Below the pieces are notes generated by a model that was given only the letters and a program-made list of their open reading frames with translations, was not told where the DNA came from and ran no database searches. DNA of 64,000 nucleotides from Octopus sinensis (lineage: Eukaryota): positions 30,814,001-30,878,000 of the forward strand of contig NC_043009.1 in the NCBI RefSeq assembly GCF_006345805.1, read 5' to 3'. A program made the translations under genes and the position numbers. Positions 28,705 to 40,272 of the stretch are shown here, one piece after another (position 1 is the first letter of the stretch; every line of letters starts with the position of its first letter).

Positions 28705-28895
28705 CATTTCATACATTATTTACCTTATTTACATTATTTACAATTTCCAGATATTTGCCCTCATCTTGTTTGTTGTTAACACAACGTTTCGGCTGATATA
28801 CCATCCAACCTTCATTAGGTGTCTTGGGGAAATTTCAAACCTGGATTATCATTCCTAAGGTATTTTCGATGTTGATGTTATTATATTATTATTAA

Positions 28896-28960
<65 letters not shown>

Positions 28961-29030
28961 TCACTGCTTGGAATCGAACTTGGAATCTTGGGGTTAGCAG
29001 CCCGTGCTCTTAAGTACTACGCCATATGCC
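28705..29030 (-). mobile_element. family F: tRNA-like head + (AAT)n + Penelope-type tail with hammerhead motif
   Basis: Minus strand: GGCATATGGCGTAGTACTTAAGAGCACGGGCTGCTAACCCCAAGATTCCAAGTTCGATTCC head (28957-29030), (AAT)n, then CCTTAGGAATGATAATCCAGG...CCCCAAGACAC tail shared with 48257-48425. Confidence 0.85.
28778..28823 (-). ncRNA. minimal type I hammerhead ribozyme motif (core mutated, probably inactive copy)
   Basis: GACAC CTAATGA A GGTTG gatggtatat CAGCC GAAAC GTT GTGTT: stem I GACAC/GTGTT, stem II, GAAA, palindromic ACGT stem III; G5>A in the CUGANGA box. Confidence 0.7.
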
Positions 29031-29160
29031 CGTGACGAAGGCTGGAGGGTATATCAGCCAAACCACTGTGTTAACAACAAACAAGATGAAGACAAATATC
29101 TTTCAAATGTAAATAATGTAAATAATGTACATAATTCCTCATCTCTTAAATATAAAGCAA
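29031..29160 (+). mobile_element. inverted second copy of the family F tail, starting within the hammerhead core
   Basis: TGACGAAGGCTGGAGGGTATATCAGCC...ACAAGATGAAGACAAATATC...CATAATTCCTCATCTCTTAAATATA; reverse complement of 28705-28815. Confidence 0.85.
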
Positions 29161-29864
29161 TATGTTTTATGTTTAGATACACTAATATATGTAATGTAGA
29201 GCACTTCTATACTGTTTGTTTATTCCTTGTTTAGTATCCTGAGGTATTTAAGCGTATTGCAAATCGCAGTTGTATTATTTTAGTGTTTCCTACTTCCACT
29301 TTCAATGAGAAAAACTCGATGATAGCTTTTTTGTTATATGAAGGGCATCTCATCATCCCATCATTCTACACCATCGACGCAGCCCCCACCAAGCCACATA
29401 TTGTTGTGTGTTATATCATTTATCCACCTAGCCATACTGTGTCACCAGGGCAACGGTGATCCTGAAACAACAACCTTGCCAAACTCACCGTTTGCAAACA
29501 AAAAGTTTAGTGTTCTCAGGTTGTCACATCATTCAGTGGGTACGTGTGTGGCAACCCAAACACACATAGTCCTATGTCACGAAGACCAGACTCTTCCATA
29601 TAACCATACATTGCTCTGCATATCAAATAGAGAGCTTCCGGCTTCCCTTAAGACATATGGAATTGCCTTCCGTTTCACAAGAAGCTAATTAATCTAACTT
29701 TTGTTTATTCCATTTTCTCCATGAAATTGTCGAAGACAGATGCACTGATAAACCATTTATTCTGGATTATGACAAGTGTTAAATTTTTTTTCTTTCACTG
29801 CGCTAATAAAATATGTGGTATTGTTTTCCTTCACAGTTACAATGTTGACTTTCTCATGTTTTAT

Positions 29865-29938
29865 GAGTTAAAAATGCAATGTCTATTTACAGATGTGTTG
29901 ACAAACATCTGTAAAATAGACGTTGCATTTTTTAACTC
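29865..29938. repeat. short imperfect fold-back
   Basis: GAGTTAAAAATGCAATGTCTATTTACAGATGT pairs with ACATCTGTAAAATAGACGTTGCATTTTTTAACTC. Confidence 0.75.
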
Positions 29939-30842
29939 TTAAAATATGAAAACTTCTGGACAATTTCTACAGAAACCTCTGTTTTGCTATTCTAAAATTC
30001 TCAACAGTATTTCTGAAATAAATTTCTCTGATTTTGAAGCTACAAGTCATTTTAAATTACTAGCAAAGTATGGTTGCAAAGATAGAAATATAAACATGTG
30101 TCCAAGGAAAATGGAAAATACATTTTTATATTAAGAGGAATTTAGCGAGTTAGGAGAGAGGGTAAACATACAAATGTTGTGCAAAGAAAATTATTTTAAA
30201 AATGTCAATCCTACGATGTTTGTATTAATATAGATCCGAATCCCACGCTTGATTAACCCAACAGCACTTTTCCTTCATACAATCCCTCAAAAAAATATTT
30301 ATATTCAGACATTATCTCATCAATATAAATAGACGAATGAGAAGCAACTGAAAATGGAGTTGTAAAGTGCCAGGTACATTTGTGAGAAAAGAGCAGGTAT
30401 CAATCGCTTAATCACTCACAAATGAAATCTTCGAACAACAGTAATATATATAAAATTATTAAAGTGATTTCTTTCTTGAGATTCCAAGATGCAATAAATA
30501 TCATGAGCAAGTGAGAGAGAGAGAGAGAGAGAGGGGGGGAGAAAGGAAGAATAGAAGGACAAGGGTAAAGAGAGGAGACAATGTAGAGTGAGAGGGTAGG
30601 AGGAAAAATGTTTGAAGGAAACATAGGAATGGAGAGAGAGAGAGAAGAAAGAATGAACACAAGATAGGAGAAAAGATAGCAGGTAACAAAATAGAAGAAT
30701 GAAATTAATGAACGAAAATTTCCAAATCCATGATGAAAGAAAAATTTCACAATCAAAATAGATTAAAATTTAACACAGGGGAAAAAGAAAGGGGGCAAGG
30801 AATACACAAGAATGAACTATGTGTGTGTAGATAGATAGATAT

Positions 30843-30885
<43 letters not shown>

Positions 30886-31539
30886 CAGACAGATAGATAG
30901 ATAAATGGATAGATGGATGGATGGATGGATGGATGGATATTATTTCATCAATCACTGACATAAGTTTTGCAGTTTCGACCCACAGACATTCATCACCATC
31001 TGCAACATAGGGTGCTTTTAAGATAGACTGCTCTGATACATGCGTAGAGGCCAGGGCTCCAGCTTTAAGATAACTTTCTCTTCTTTTCTTCCTTCTCATT
31101 CACCCTTTTTCTCCTTCATTGCCATCAGTCTTAGAAACTCTGTAAAGACTCATGACCACTGCATTTCTTTCAGCTAAAACTATATGTCCCTTTGTCTGCG
31201 TTTGCTTGTCTGTGTGTATTGTTTATTTAAGCTGAGGTGTTTTATTGTTACTCGTTTCACACACTAACGGTGGTCAGTTCTCACCTGATGATCACTGTCG
31301 CATGAAACTGAAGATGCAATAAAGAAATTCCTTTTAATGCATACATTCATACATGTGTGTGTGTATGTATATATGTTTGTATACATATGTATATACATAC
31401 ACACACACACTCATATATATATGAGTATCAAATTACTCTTGAGACGTTATTAATAATATTAGAGGTGGAGAAGACCTAAAGCAATTTTTATATTTCAGAT
31501 TTAATAGAGTTACGGGTTTTTCGCGTAATTATGTAGAGT

Positions 31540-31963
31540 TAAACAGATTCTTAAGGGTCGAATAATACCTGTGCCTACATGAAATGATGCCTGAAAACTT
31601 ATCTAACATTCAAGAGTTATGCATACGCAGAATTGATAGGGAATCCCTAACACAAAGATTACATTTACGCATATGTGAATTATAAAAGAAGGCTTCTGTT
31701 ACTGTTAACCAAGATAATTTATACTGCGTATTTTGTGTTTTAAGGTTGTGGATATGCGTAGTTAAAGATGTAGAGCATTTAGTTTTAGTATTAATAAACG
31801 AATTCATATGTGCGCGATATCTACGCTTAAAATTTACAGTACTCCCAACATATATCATTGCTTGGTGGTTGTGATGTGTTAACTCAACGCATTTGTATAT
31901 GACATTTTTGCGAAGGTTAAATCCTTTAAGAAGGCATAAATTGGGTACACGGAAATTACAGAA
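31540..31963 (-). mobile_element. Penelope-like element GIY-YIG endonuclease remnant
   Basis: One continuous frame CNFRVPNLCLLKGFNLRKNVIYKC..MIYVGSTVNFKRRYRAHMNSF..STSLTTHIHNLK..YKLSW..KCNLCVRDSL..* then ISCRHR; matches the PLE pattern CNC..CPL.G.CL..VIY..YIG.T..FK.RY..H..SF..CNLC..CRH. Confidence 0.88.
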
Positions 31964-32554
31964 TTTTTTTTATTTTAGATAGAATGTCGCCCCAAAGAGT
32001 TTAATTCGGGTCGATAAGTCATCGGCAGAGGTAAGTCCAACTTGGAGCCCACATCACAACCGAATTGGATGGCTCTACCGGAACCAGCATTCACCACCCG
32101 GCGACCTGGGTTTTGAGATTCTGCCTTCGCTCCAGAATCACCCAGCATAGGAGAGCTCCTGATTCACATGTTTAAGCTATCTGCCTTGGAGTTTGTAATT
32201 ATGAGAATAATAAATTTTATGGATTTACAATATTTTATATATTTTAATACAATTTTTAAAAAGTAAGTAGGACTAAATACTTTTGTACATACTTAATATA
32301 TTCTTAACATATTTGTATATATTCATATCTATATATTTTAATGTATTTTAATATATTTTGAATATGTTTATATATCTATATATTTTTAGCACATCATTTG
32401 GTGCATACAATGATTTCACAAAAGAATATATTTTGGTAATTTACCCTTTGTCTCATTATTTCTACTATTTTTCTATGGCTCAAATAAACTGAGCACTTCG
32501 AAGTACTCTATATAGAGAGATAATCCTATCTCCAGTATTTATATATATATATAT

Positions 32555-32745
32555 AGTTAATCCAAACATGAAAGAAGAGAAAACACAACGACGCGGGGAC
32601 GTGGAACAAGTATAATGTTATTGGGCGCTCAGGAAAGGAAAGAAAGACAGGAGGACTTAATGTTTCTAGTGGAGCTCTTCATCAGAAATATAGAAAAAAG
32701 TAAAAGTCCAAGGGAGGGAAGATGGAGAAAGAAAATCGCCAATGA
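32555..32745 (-). mobile_element. PLE-terminal-repeat-like family 2 copy
   Basis: Homologous to 24331-24502; carries CTGATGA AGAGC TCC ACTA GAAAC ATT at 32655-32690. Confidence 0.7.
32655..32690 (-). ncRNA. degenerate minimal hammerhead motif, family 2
   Basis: CUGAUGA and GAAAC boxes intact; stem II (inferred GAGC/GCTC) and the GTT site are disrupted. Confidence 0.55.
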
Positions 32746-32801
32746 TAAACATACGGTCTCACACACACACACACACACACACACTTATATACATACATAC
32801 A

Positions 32802-32917
<116 letters not shown>

Positions 32918-33939
32918 TATATATATAAACAGCCATTACTCGAATATCTTACTTGTGCGTGATATTTGCAGTGTTATGCCCATCAGATTTGTTGGCTATC
33001 GAGTGGCCATTTTGTTGAGTGGAAGCAAAACCTATTGGCATCTGTGAAAACTATTGTAATCAAAGTTGGTCATTTATGAGGTTTACAACGTCCAACATAA
33101 ACTGGAACGAAATCAATAAAGTGGTTTATTTTTGCTTCAGTTTTAGTTTGCATATTTTGTTATTTATTTATTTTTGGCAAGGGTAGAAATAAATCTTTGT
33201 TGAGTTACCGATGGGTTGAATCAGAGTGTAGGAAAGAAGATGTAGAAATTAAAGACAAAGGTATTTAGAGGAAAGATTATATCTTTCTATCTAGCTATGA
33301 AATAGGCTGATAACAAGGTGAGATAGATAGGTCAATAGATACGTATGCAGATAGGTGAGCAGATAGATAAATAGATAGATAGAGAGAGAGGCAGACAGAC
33401 AGTCAGAGATAAAGAGTAAATGTGCACGAGAGGAACAGACTTAATGAATGTAGAAAAGTGAGAAAAGATAGAAAAATAGAGAGAAAACTAGTTGAAATAG
33501 TAAATGAAAGTAGAGGCTGAAAGAAGTTAGATTAGAAGGAGAGTAATGGTGAGAGGAGAAAATGTAGTGGGAAAAACTGAAAATAGGAGTGTGGGACAAA
33601 CATATCTACGTATTTTATGACTATGTATGTATACATCTATTCATACACTATACATATACATATATATATACATACATACATACATACATACATACATACA
33701 TACATACATACATACATACATACATACATGCATACATACAAACACACACACTACACACACATATAAGTAGAAGAGAGAGAATCACACGTGTGTGTCTGTG
33801 TGTGTGTGTGTGTGCATCTAACTTTGATGTGAAAAATCTGTCAGAAAACTGACACACTTGATTTTTCTTGTTTTTGTTGTTCTTTTTTATATATATATAA
33901 TTTGCAACGTAAGAAATTCCCAAAACAGACTCACCATCA

Positions 33940-34210
33940 ATCAGGCTGGAGGAAAAGATGATGAGGAGTATGATGACGACGGCAGCGGCAGCAGCAGTAG
34001 TAGCGGCGGTGGCAGCAGCGACGGCAGTATGGATAGTACTATCGGCATCAACGACAACAATAATGATGATGTATATGATGACAACGATGATGATGATGAT
34101 GGTGATAAGGAGGAGGAAGAGGAGAAGGAGGGTTATGATAGCGATGATGATACTGTAGATGATGACACCAATGATGATGATGATTATAATAGCGATGATG
34201 GTGATTACTA
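33940..34210. repeat. GC-richer trinucleotide low-complexity tract (GAT/GAC/GGC/GAG)
   Basis: Poly-D/S/E reading arises from trinucleotide runs; no splice support found. Confidence 0.7.
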
Positions 34211-35309
34211 GGTGGACGAGAAAATACAAGAAAAACAAAAGAACAAAACCAAACATAAAAACGGAGCACAAATAAGTAAATAAATTAATTAATTAATGGA
34301 AACTGAGGGAAACGGAACGCTATGTTGATATCAATATCTTCTAAGACTGATTCCGCTGCATATGTTTTGAGGTTTTCTCGCAAGAGAGATTTACAGTAAA
34401 AAATAAAAAGAAACCGAGAGAAAAAAATATATAAAGAGGAAAAAAGTAAACATTTAAATAAAAACAATAACAACAAATTATTCAGAAAAGAAAGAAAATA
34501 AATAAAAACAATCCTGAAGTTTGAGAATTCTAGACGAATGACTGATGGATAGGAACATTTAGCTTTTCACATTTCGCACTTTGTTTCCTTCGTGATATCA
34601 AACAGCTCTGGTCGCGTGGTTTCTCTTGTGGTTACAGTTTGTAAACTAAAGACAAACCCACTCTCTCTTATTTGGCAGCAAGTATTGGTTTGTTTGAGTC
34701 TGGATTTATATGTAGCTTTAGTTTCTGTGTGCACATGTGTGTCAGCATGTGTATGCCTGATTGTATGTACGTGTGTTTGTGGAAGTATATTTGTTAGTGT
34801 ATATATATGCACAGGTCTGTGTGTGCGTTTTCTCATGTTTGTGTTTCTGTTGTGCTCACGTGTATATTTGATTCCAAAGATGTCAGTAGGCGATTGAACT
34901 GTTCTGAAAAATAATAGCAAAGTATAGAGGATTTTATGGCTTTGAAATTTGTCATCCTGATGTTTAAATCTATATTTACTAAAATTTTGAAATTGTTAAA
35001 AGCGTTCTGTTCTAACGAAGTGTTTCATCAGAATGTGTTGTTGAACCAAAAGCAGACATGACTGCTGAGAAAAAAAAAACGCAAAAAAGCCAAACCAGCT
35101 AAAAATGCCGATTCATAAATATCTAAAAATACTTAAAAATATGCTGATACAATCTTTTAAATTCCAATCCAAATGAGACAGCCTTCACAATATTTAGATA
35201 TATGTAAAACAAAACCTCGTTTAATTTTTACAACTAGATTGATATGAAATTCCAATTGTTCAGCAGTACTAGAATAGACCTAAGACACCAATATTTAACA
35301 TTAGATTGA

Positions 35310-35445
35310 CGCTGGGGTCCAATTTGCCTTTCATCCTTTCAAGGTTGAGAAAATAAGTGCCAGTTATGCACTGGGATCGATTTAATCAACTTACTCTTCG
35401 CCCCAAAATTGCTGGACTTGGGCTAAAATTTGAAACCAATATTTA
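35310..35445 (+). mobile_element. SINE family B fragment
   Basis: TTTGCCTTTCATCCTTTCAAGGTTGAGAAAATAAGTGCCAG...AAATTTGAAACCAAT. Confidence 0.8.
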
Positions 35446-36254
35446 ACATTACTAAAAGCCCTGAAATTTCTGATTATATTGAAAATTAATTGAAGCAGAG
35501 AATCTGTCTTTTGGCTAGAAATCTAGTCAGGGAATTTTTAGCAATAAATTCACTCGATTGAAGCGATAATATTCGAAGCACTCGAGACAAGTGATGTATG
35601 ACATTTCTCATATAAACGAGGAATATTTTGGCTTCCAACTTTTGCTAACAAGACGACGATCATGATTTATTTATTTTTAATATTTAAGGAATAATTGATT
35701 GCAAATCTAGACACCATTCAACGGAGCACCTTTATGGGTCAATATCATCTTGATTCGCAATGGTGATTATTATAATTAATTAATCCATGGACAGCAGCAA
35801 GAAAATCCATCACTCCTATTTTATTAGTATAATAAAAGAATTCATTATTATTAATGCTATTTATTGTTGTTTTATTATTCTATTTATTGTTTGTTGTTAG
35901 TGATATTTTGTTATTTCTCAGGTTATTGAATAAATGTCTTTTTCTCTCACATTAACTAGTTATTTCTATGCGCCTATAAATTCTAAGAAATTGCATACCT
36001 ACACCTATCTTTATTTCTAGGTGTCTACAAACATTCATTAATTTGCGAATTCGAAAGCTATTTTATGCGACGCCCCCAAAAAATCTAAACTTAGTTGCAC
36101 AACAATGATCATAAGTATGACATTTTTATAAGAATAATAAATTCTGTTGGAGTGCTTGTGCTGGCAATTAAAGCCTGCAAAATGTTTAATAAATAATGTA
36201 AAAGAAAAATTCAGAATACATTTTATATATGCAGGCTATCATTCTTATATACAA

Positions 36255-36320
<66 letters not shown>

Positions 36321-36926
36321 TTCCATCAATTTACATGTACATATGTATAAATGTATGCTCCAAGGACTGAGGTTAGGAAGAAAGTGAGCTTCAAGCAATC
36401 CATAGAAAATATTTAAAAAAAACAACTTTCAGGAACAATAGTTTATTGTGGTTTATTGTGGCGGAGGGTTGTAAAGTGTTCCTATTATGAAGTATGATAA
36501 ACTGAAAAAAATTATTTTATATTTCACGGTAGGCAACCAGGGTTGCAAGGTATGTGAATAAAAATCCAAGAGTTCGGGAATGGAATTAATAAAATCCAGG
36601 CGACATGTTTTTCAAAGTTCACCTAAACTGTGCTCCACATGCATTCTGATCGAATCCAGTGTGTCTTAACATGGGCCTCCTAATAGCAATGTAAACTTCA
36701 TTTAATCAACATACCCTTGGCCTGATGAGTAGTCTGCACTATGCACCTCGTTTGGATATTTACCACTTCGAGGTTCCGTTCACTATGAAATATACTTAGC
36801 TCGGATTTTATGTGCTCCATTCCTTAACACTTGGATTTATACACACATACATACATATACATATATATTATGTCGTATGTAAACAAACAAGTTTGTTTTC
36901 AAAGTGTTGAAATGTATTATAGAACA

Positions 36927-37455
<529 letters not shown>

Positions 37456-38310
37456 TACTTAAATTTTCCTCGAATGAGGCTTTTACATGCCGAAGACTAC
37501 TTGGTGTAATTGATAATTATTCCAAATTAATTAATTTCACCCTTCATTATTACGGATATATATATATATATATATACATATATATACATATATATATGCA
37601 CATATATATATATACATATATATATATATACGTACATACATATATATATATACATACATATATATATATACATACGTACATACATATATATATATATATA
37701 TACATACATACATATATATATATGCATATGTACATACATATATATATATACATACGTACACACACAAATATATACATGCATAAATATGTACACATATAAA
37801 CATATATACATGCCGAAGCCAAGTGCATCCTGTATAATGACCATAAGGCAAATTTATATATAGCAATCTGTCTACCCTGCATAACGTAGATATGCCGCTG
37901 TATTTAGCACAAGAAAGCATCTTATATAGACATATAGTGGTGCTAACAAGCACAGAAGTATAAGTAGCAGTCGGAAGGCTTCCTGTAGTGGTAGTGGAAT
38001 TGCTAGATCACATGATTTCTGCATATTTGCATGTCATCAGTAGCTAGCATCTGCTTTTGCATGCTTAGACAAATTTTTACATCTGTTGTAGAGAAGAAAA
38101 AAAAAATTACTTGTGCTTGTGACACTGTAAATATGCCAATACACTATGTAAATTTATGGCATTAGAGAAGGCACTGAGTAAAAATAAAAGAATACTCATA
38201 ACGGGATGTTCGAATGAGACGTTGTGCTGTTACTAAACTTCATTTCTCACTATGGAAAAAGTACTTGCGATTGACAGACAAGCAGATAGATACACAGACA
38301 TACAATATTG

Positions 38311-38372
<62 letters not shown>

Positions 38373-39102
38373 CATACATACATACATACATACATACAAA
38401 CATACATACATACATACATACATACTACATACATACATACATACATACATACATACATACATACATACATACATACATACATAGGAAATTAAATAGCGAA
38501 TAAGAGAGGGAGATTCAGTATCGATTAAATAACTGCAGAGTCCTCTAAATCGACGATGTTCTCATCTCTCCATACGCTTGTACTTTTATTTGTGTTCTAC
38601 TTAAACCCATTTTCATTCCATCAATATCCTTTGCAAAGGTTTTGATTTTTGTTATTTACGATCAGTATTCGTTCACAAGTTTTTCCACTCTCTTTCAAGA
38701 CTGCTTACTTCCTCAAGGAAATATTGTTCAAATGTTTCGCTTCTTTTCATATCATAACTTCCTCATCGCAATATTTAAATCTGTTGGTGACATTTCGAAT
38801 TACTCAGTTTTTATAAGTATAAGCGTGTGTTTATGTATGTGCTGTCATGTGTGTGTGTGCGTGTATGTGTTGTACGTGCCTTTGTTACTTAATTCTTGAT
38901 AAGAACGACTTGCTTTCGGGCTGTACATAAGAGAGAAGCTGCAGGTATATATTAATGTTGAGATTGCCTGATGAAAGGAATTTAAACTAAGCTACATTGC
39001 TTTCTTTTCATTCTTTGCCTGTATTTCTTTACCACTTCTTCAAATATATATAAATACACTCATACACACATATAAGCATATACCTCCCTGTCTCTCTCTA
39101 TA

Positions 39103-39156
<54 letters not shown>

Positions 39157-39789
39157 CATTTATGTGTGTATATATCACTATTAATACAGCTATTCAAAAC
39201 TCATACATTTATGCACACACGTATACACACACACATATATATGTATATATGAAATACAATATTGTATACATATGTTGTGTGTTTGTGTGTGTGTATGAGT
39301 GAGTGTATGTGTGCACGCACACATACAATATACGGAGTAAATGTTCTTACTTTCACCTTGTTATGATCAATGATATGCCTCTTATAGCATTTAACCCCCA
39401 CTTCCCTTACAGGCCGCTACATGTCACCCGAGTCACATGTGGTCAAAGCGGTACAGTGTTAGATCTAATGCTACACAACAATCCTCTTTCCTAATTCAAG
39501 AAAAGACTACCAGTAATATACATGGGTTTATTCACTCAACCAAATCGAATTCAAGAAGGTATATTTTCAAAAATAATCGACGTTTAACGCATGCTTTATT
39601 CTTTAAGTATTGATGTAGGACATAGCGTTAGTAGACCGACAGAATAACTTAGGTCAGTTTCACATTGTACACAATTTGGTCCACACCAATTTTTAATTCA
39701 TGTTTGTATTTCTATTGCTTCACTTTGAATTCCATTTCCATAAAATAAAACTCAGACGTTCCTTCAAAAAGCTGCATTCTTCTCTTAAT

Positions 39790-39985
39790 ATTGGTTTTAA
39801 ATTTTGGTACAAGGCTAGCAATTTTACATTGACCCCGGTGTTCAACTGGTGCTCATTTTATTGACCACAGGAAGATGAAAGGCAAAGTCAACTTTGGCAG
39901 AATTTCGACCGAGAACATAGAGACGGACAAAATGCTGCTAAGCATTTTCACCTGCCATGCTAACTTTGCCAGCCTGCCACCCTTC
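39790..39985 (-). mobile_element. SINE family B copy
   Basis: GATGAAAGGCAAAGTCAACTTTGGCAGAATTTCGAC...GCCAGCCTGCCACC. Confidence 0.8.
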
Positions 39986-40053
39986 TCTTATATTAGTATT
40001 AACTTTATTTCAACAGAATTCTTATACTTATCACATTGAACTAAAATGTTTAA

Positions 40054-40272
40054 ACCTTTCATTACCAACCCGACCGAAACCGCCTCTAGCTCTGAGTACA
40101 AATATCTTGTTTTCTTAAGTTTTGAATTAAAATCTTCCACCAAAACTTAGTCACAATTTATGTTCCTAACACTAGCTTAATAGTAACTAAGTTATTTTAC
40201 TAAATTCTTTGTTATTTTTAAATAATTGAAAGAAACGCAGAGCATCTCAAAATAAATACGGTAATGAAAGGG
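40054..40272. mobile_element. piggyBac-type MITE flanked by TTAA
   Basis: TTAA at 40050-40053 and 40273-40276; 13-bp TIR (A/C)CCTTTCATTACC / GGTAATGAAAGGG; no ORF. Confidence 0.8.

Noticed and set aside
29400-29640. Possible second mariner fragment (MCVWVATHVPTE..PGDTVW on the minus strand)
   Set aside because: Similarity is too weak to support without a search.
31285-31308. CTGATGA...GAAAC hammerhead-like spacing
   Set aside because: No convincing stem II or stem I pairing.
33648-34271. 207-aa hydrophobic ORF and overlapping 117-aa acidic ORF
   Set aside because: Both derive from trinucleotide low-complexity runs; no recognisable domain or splice context.
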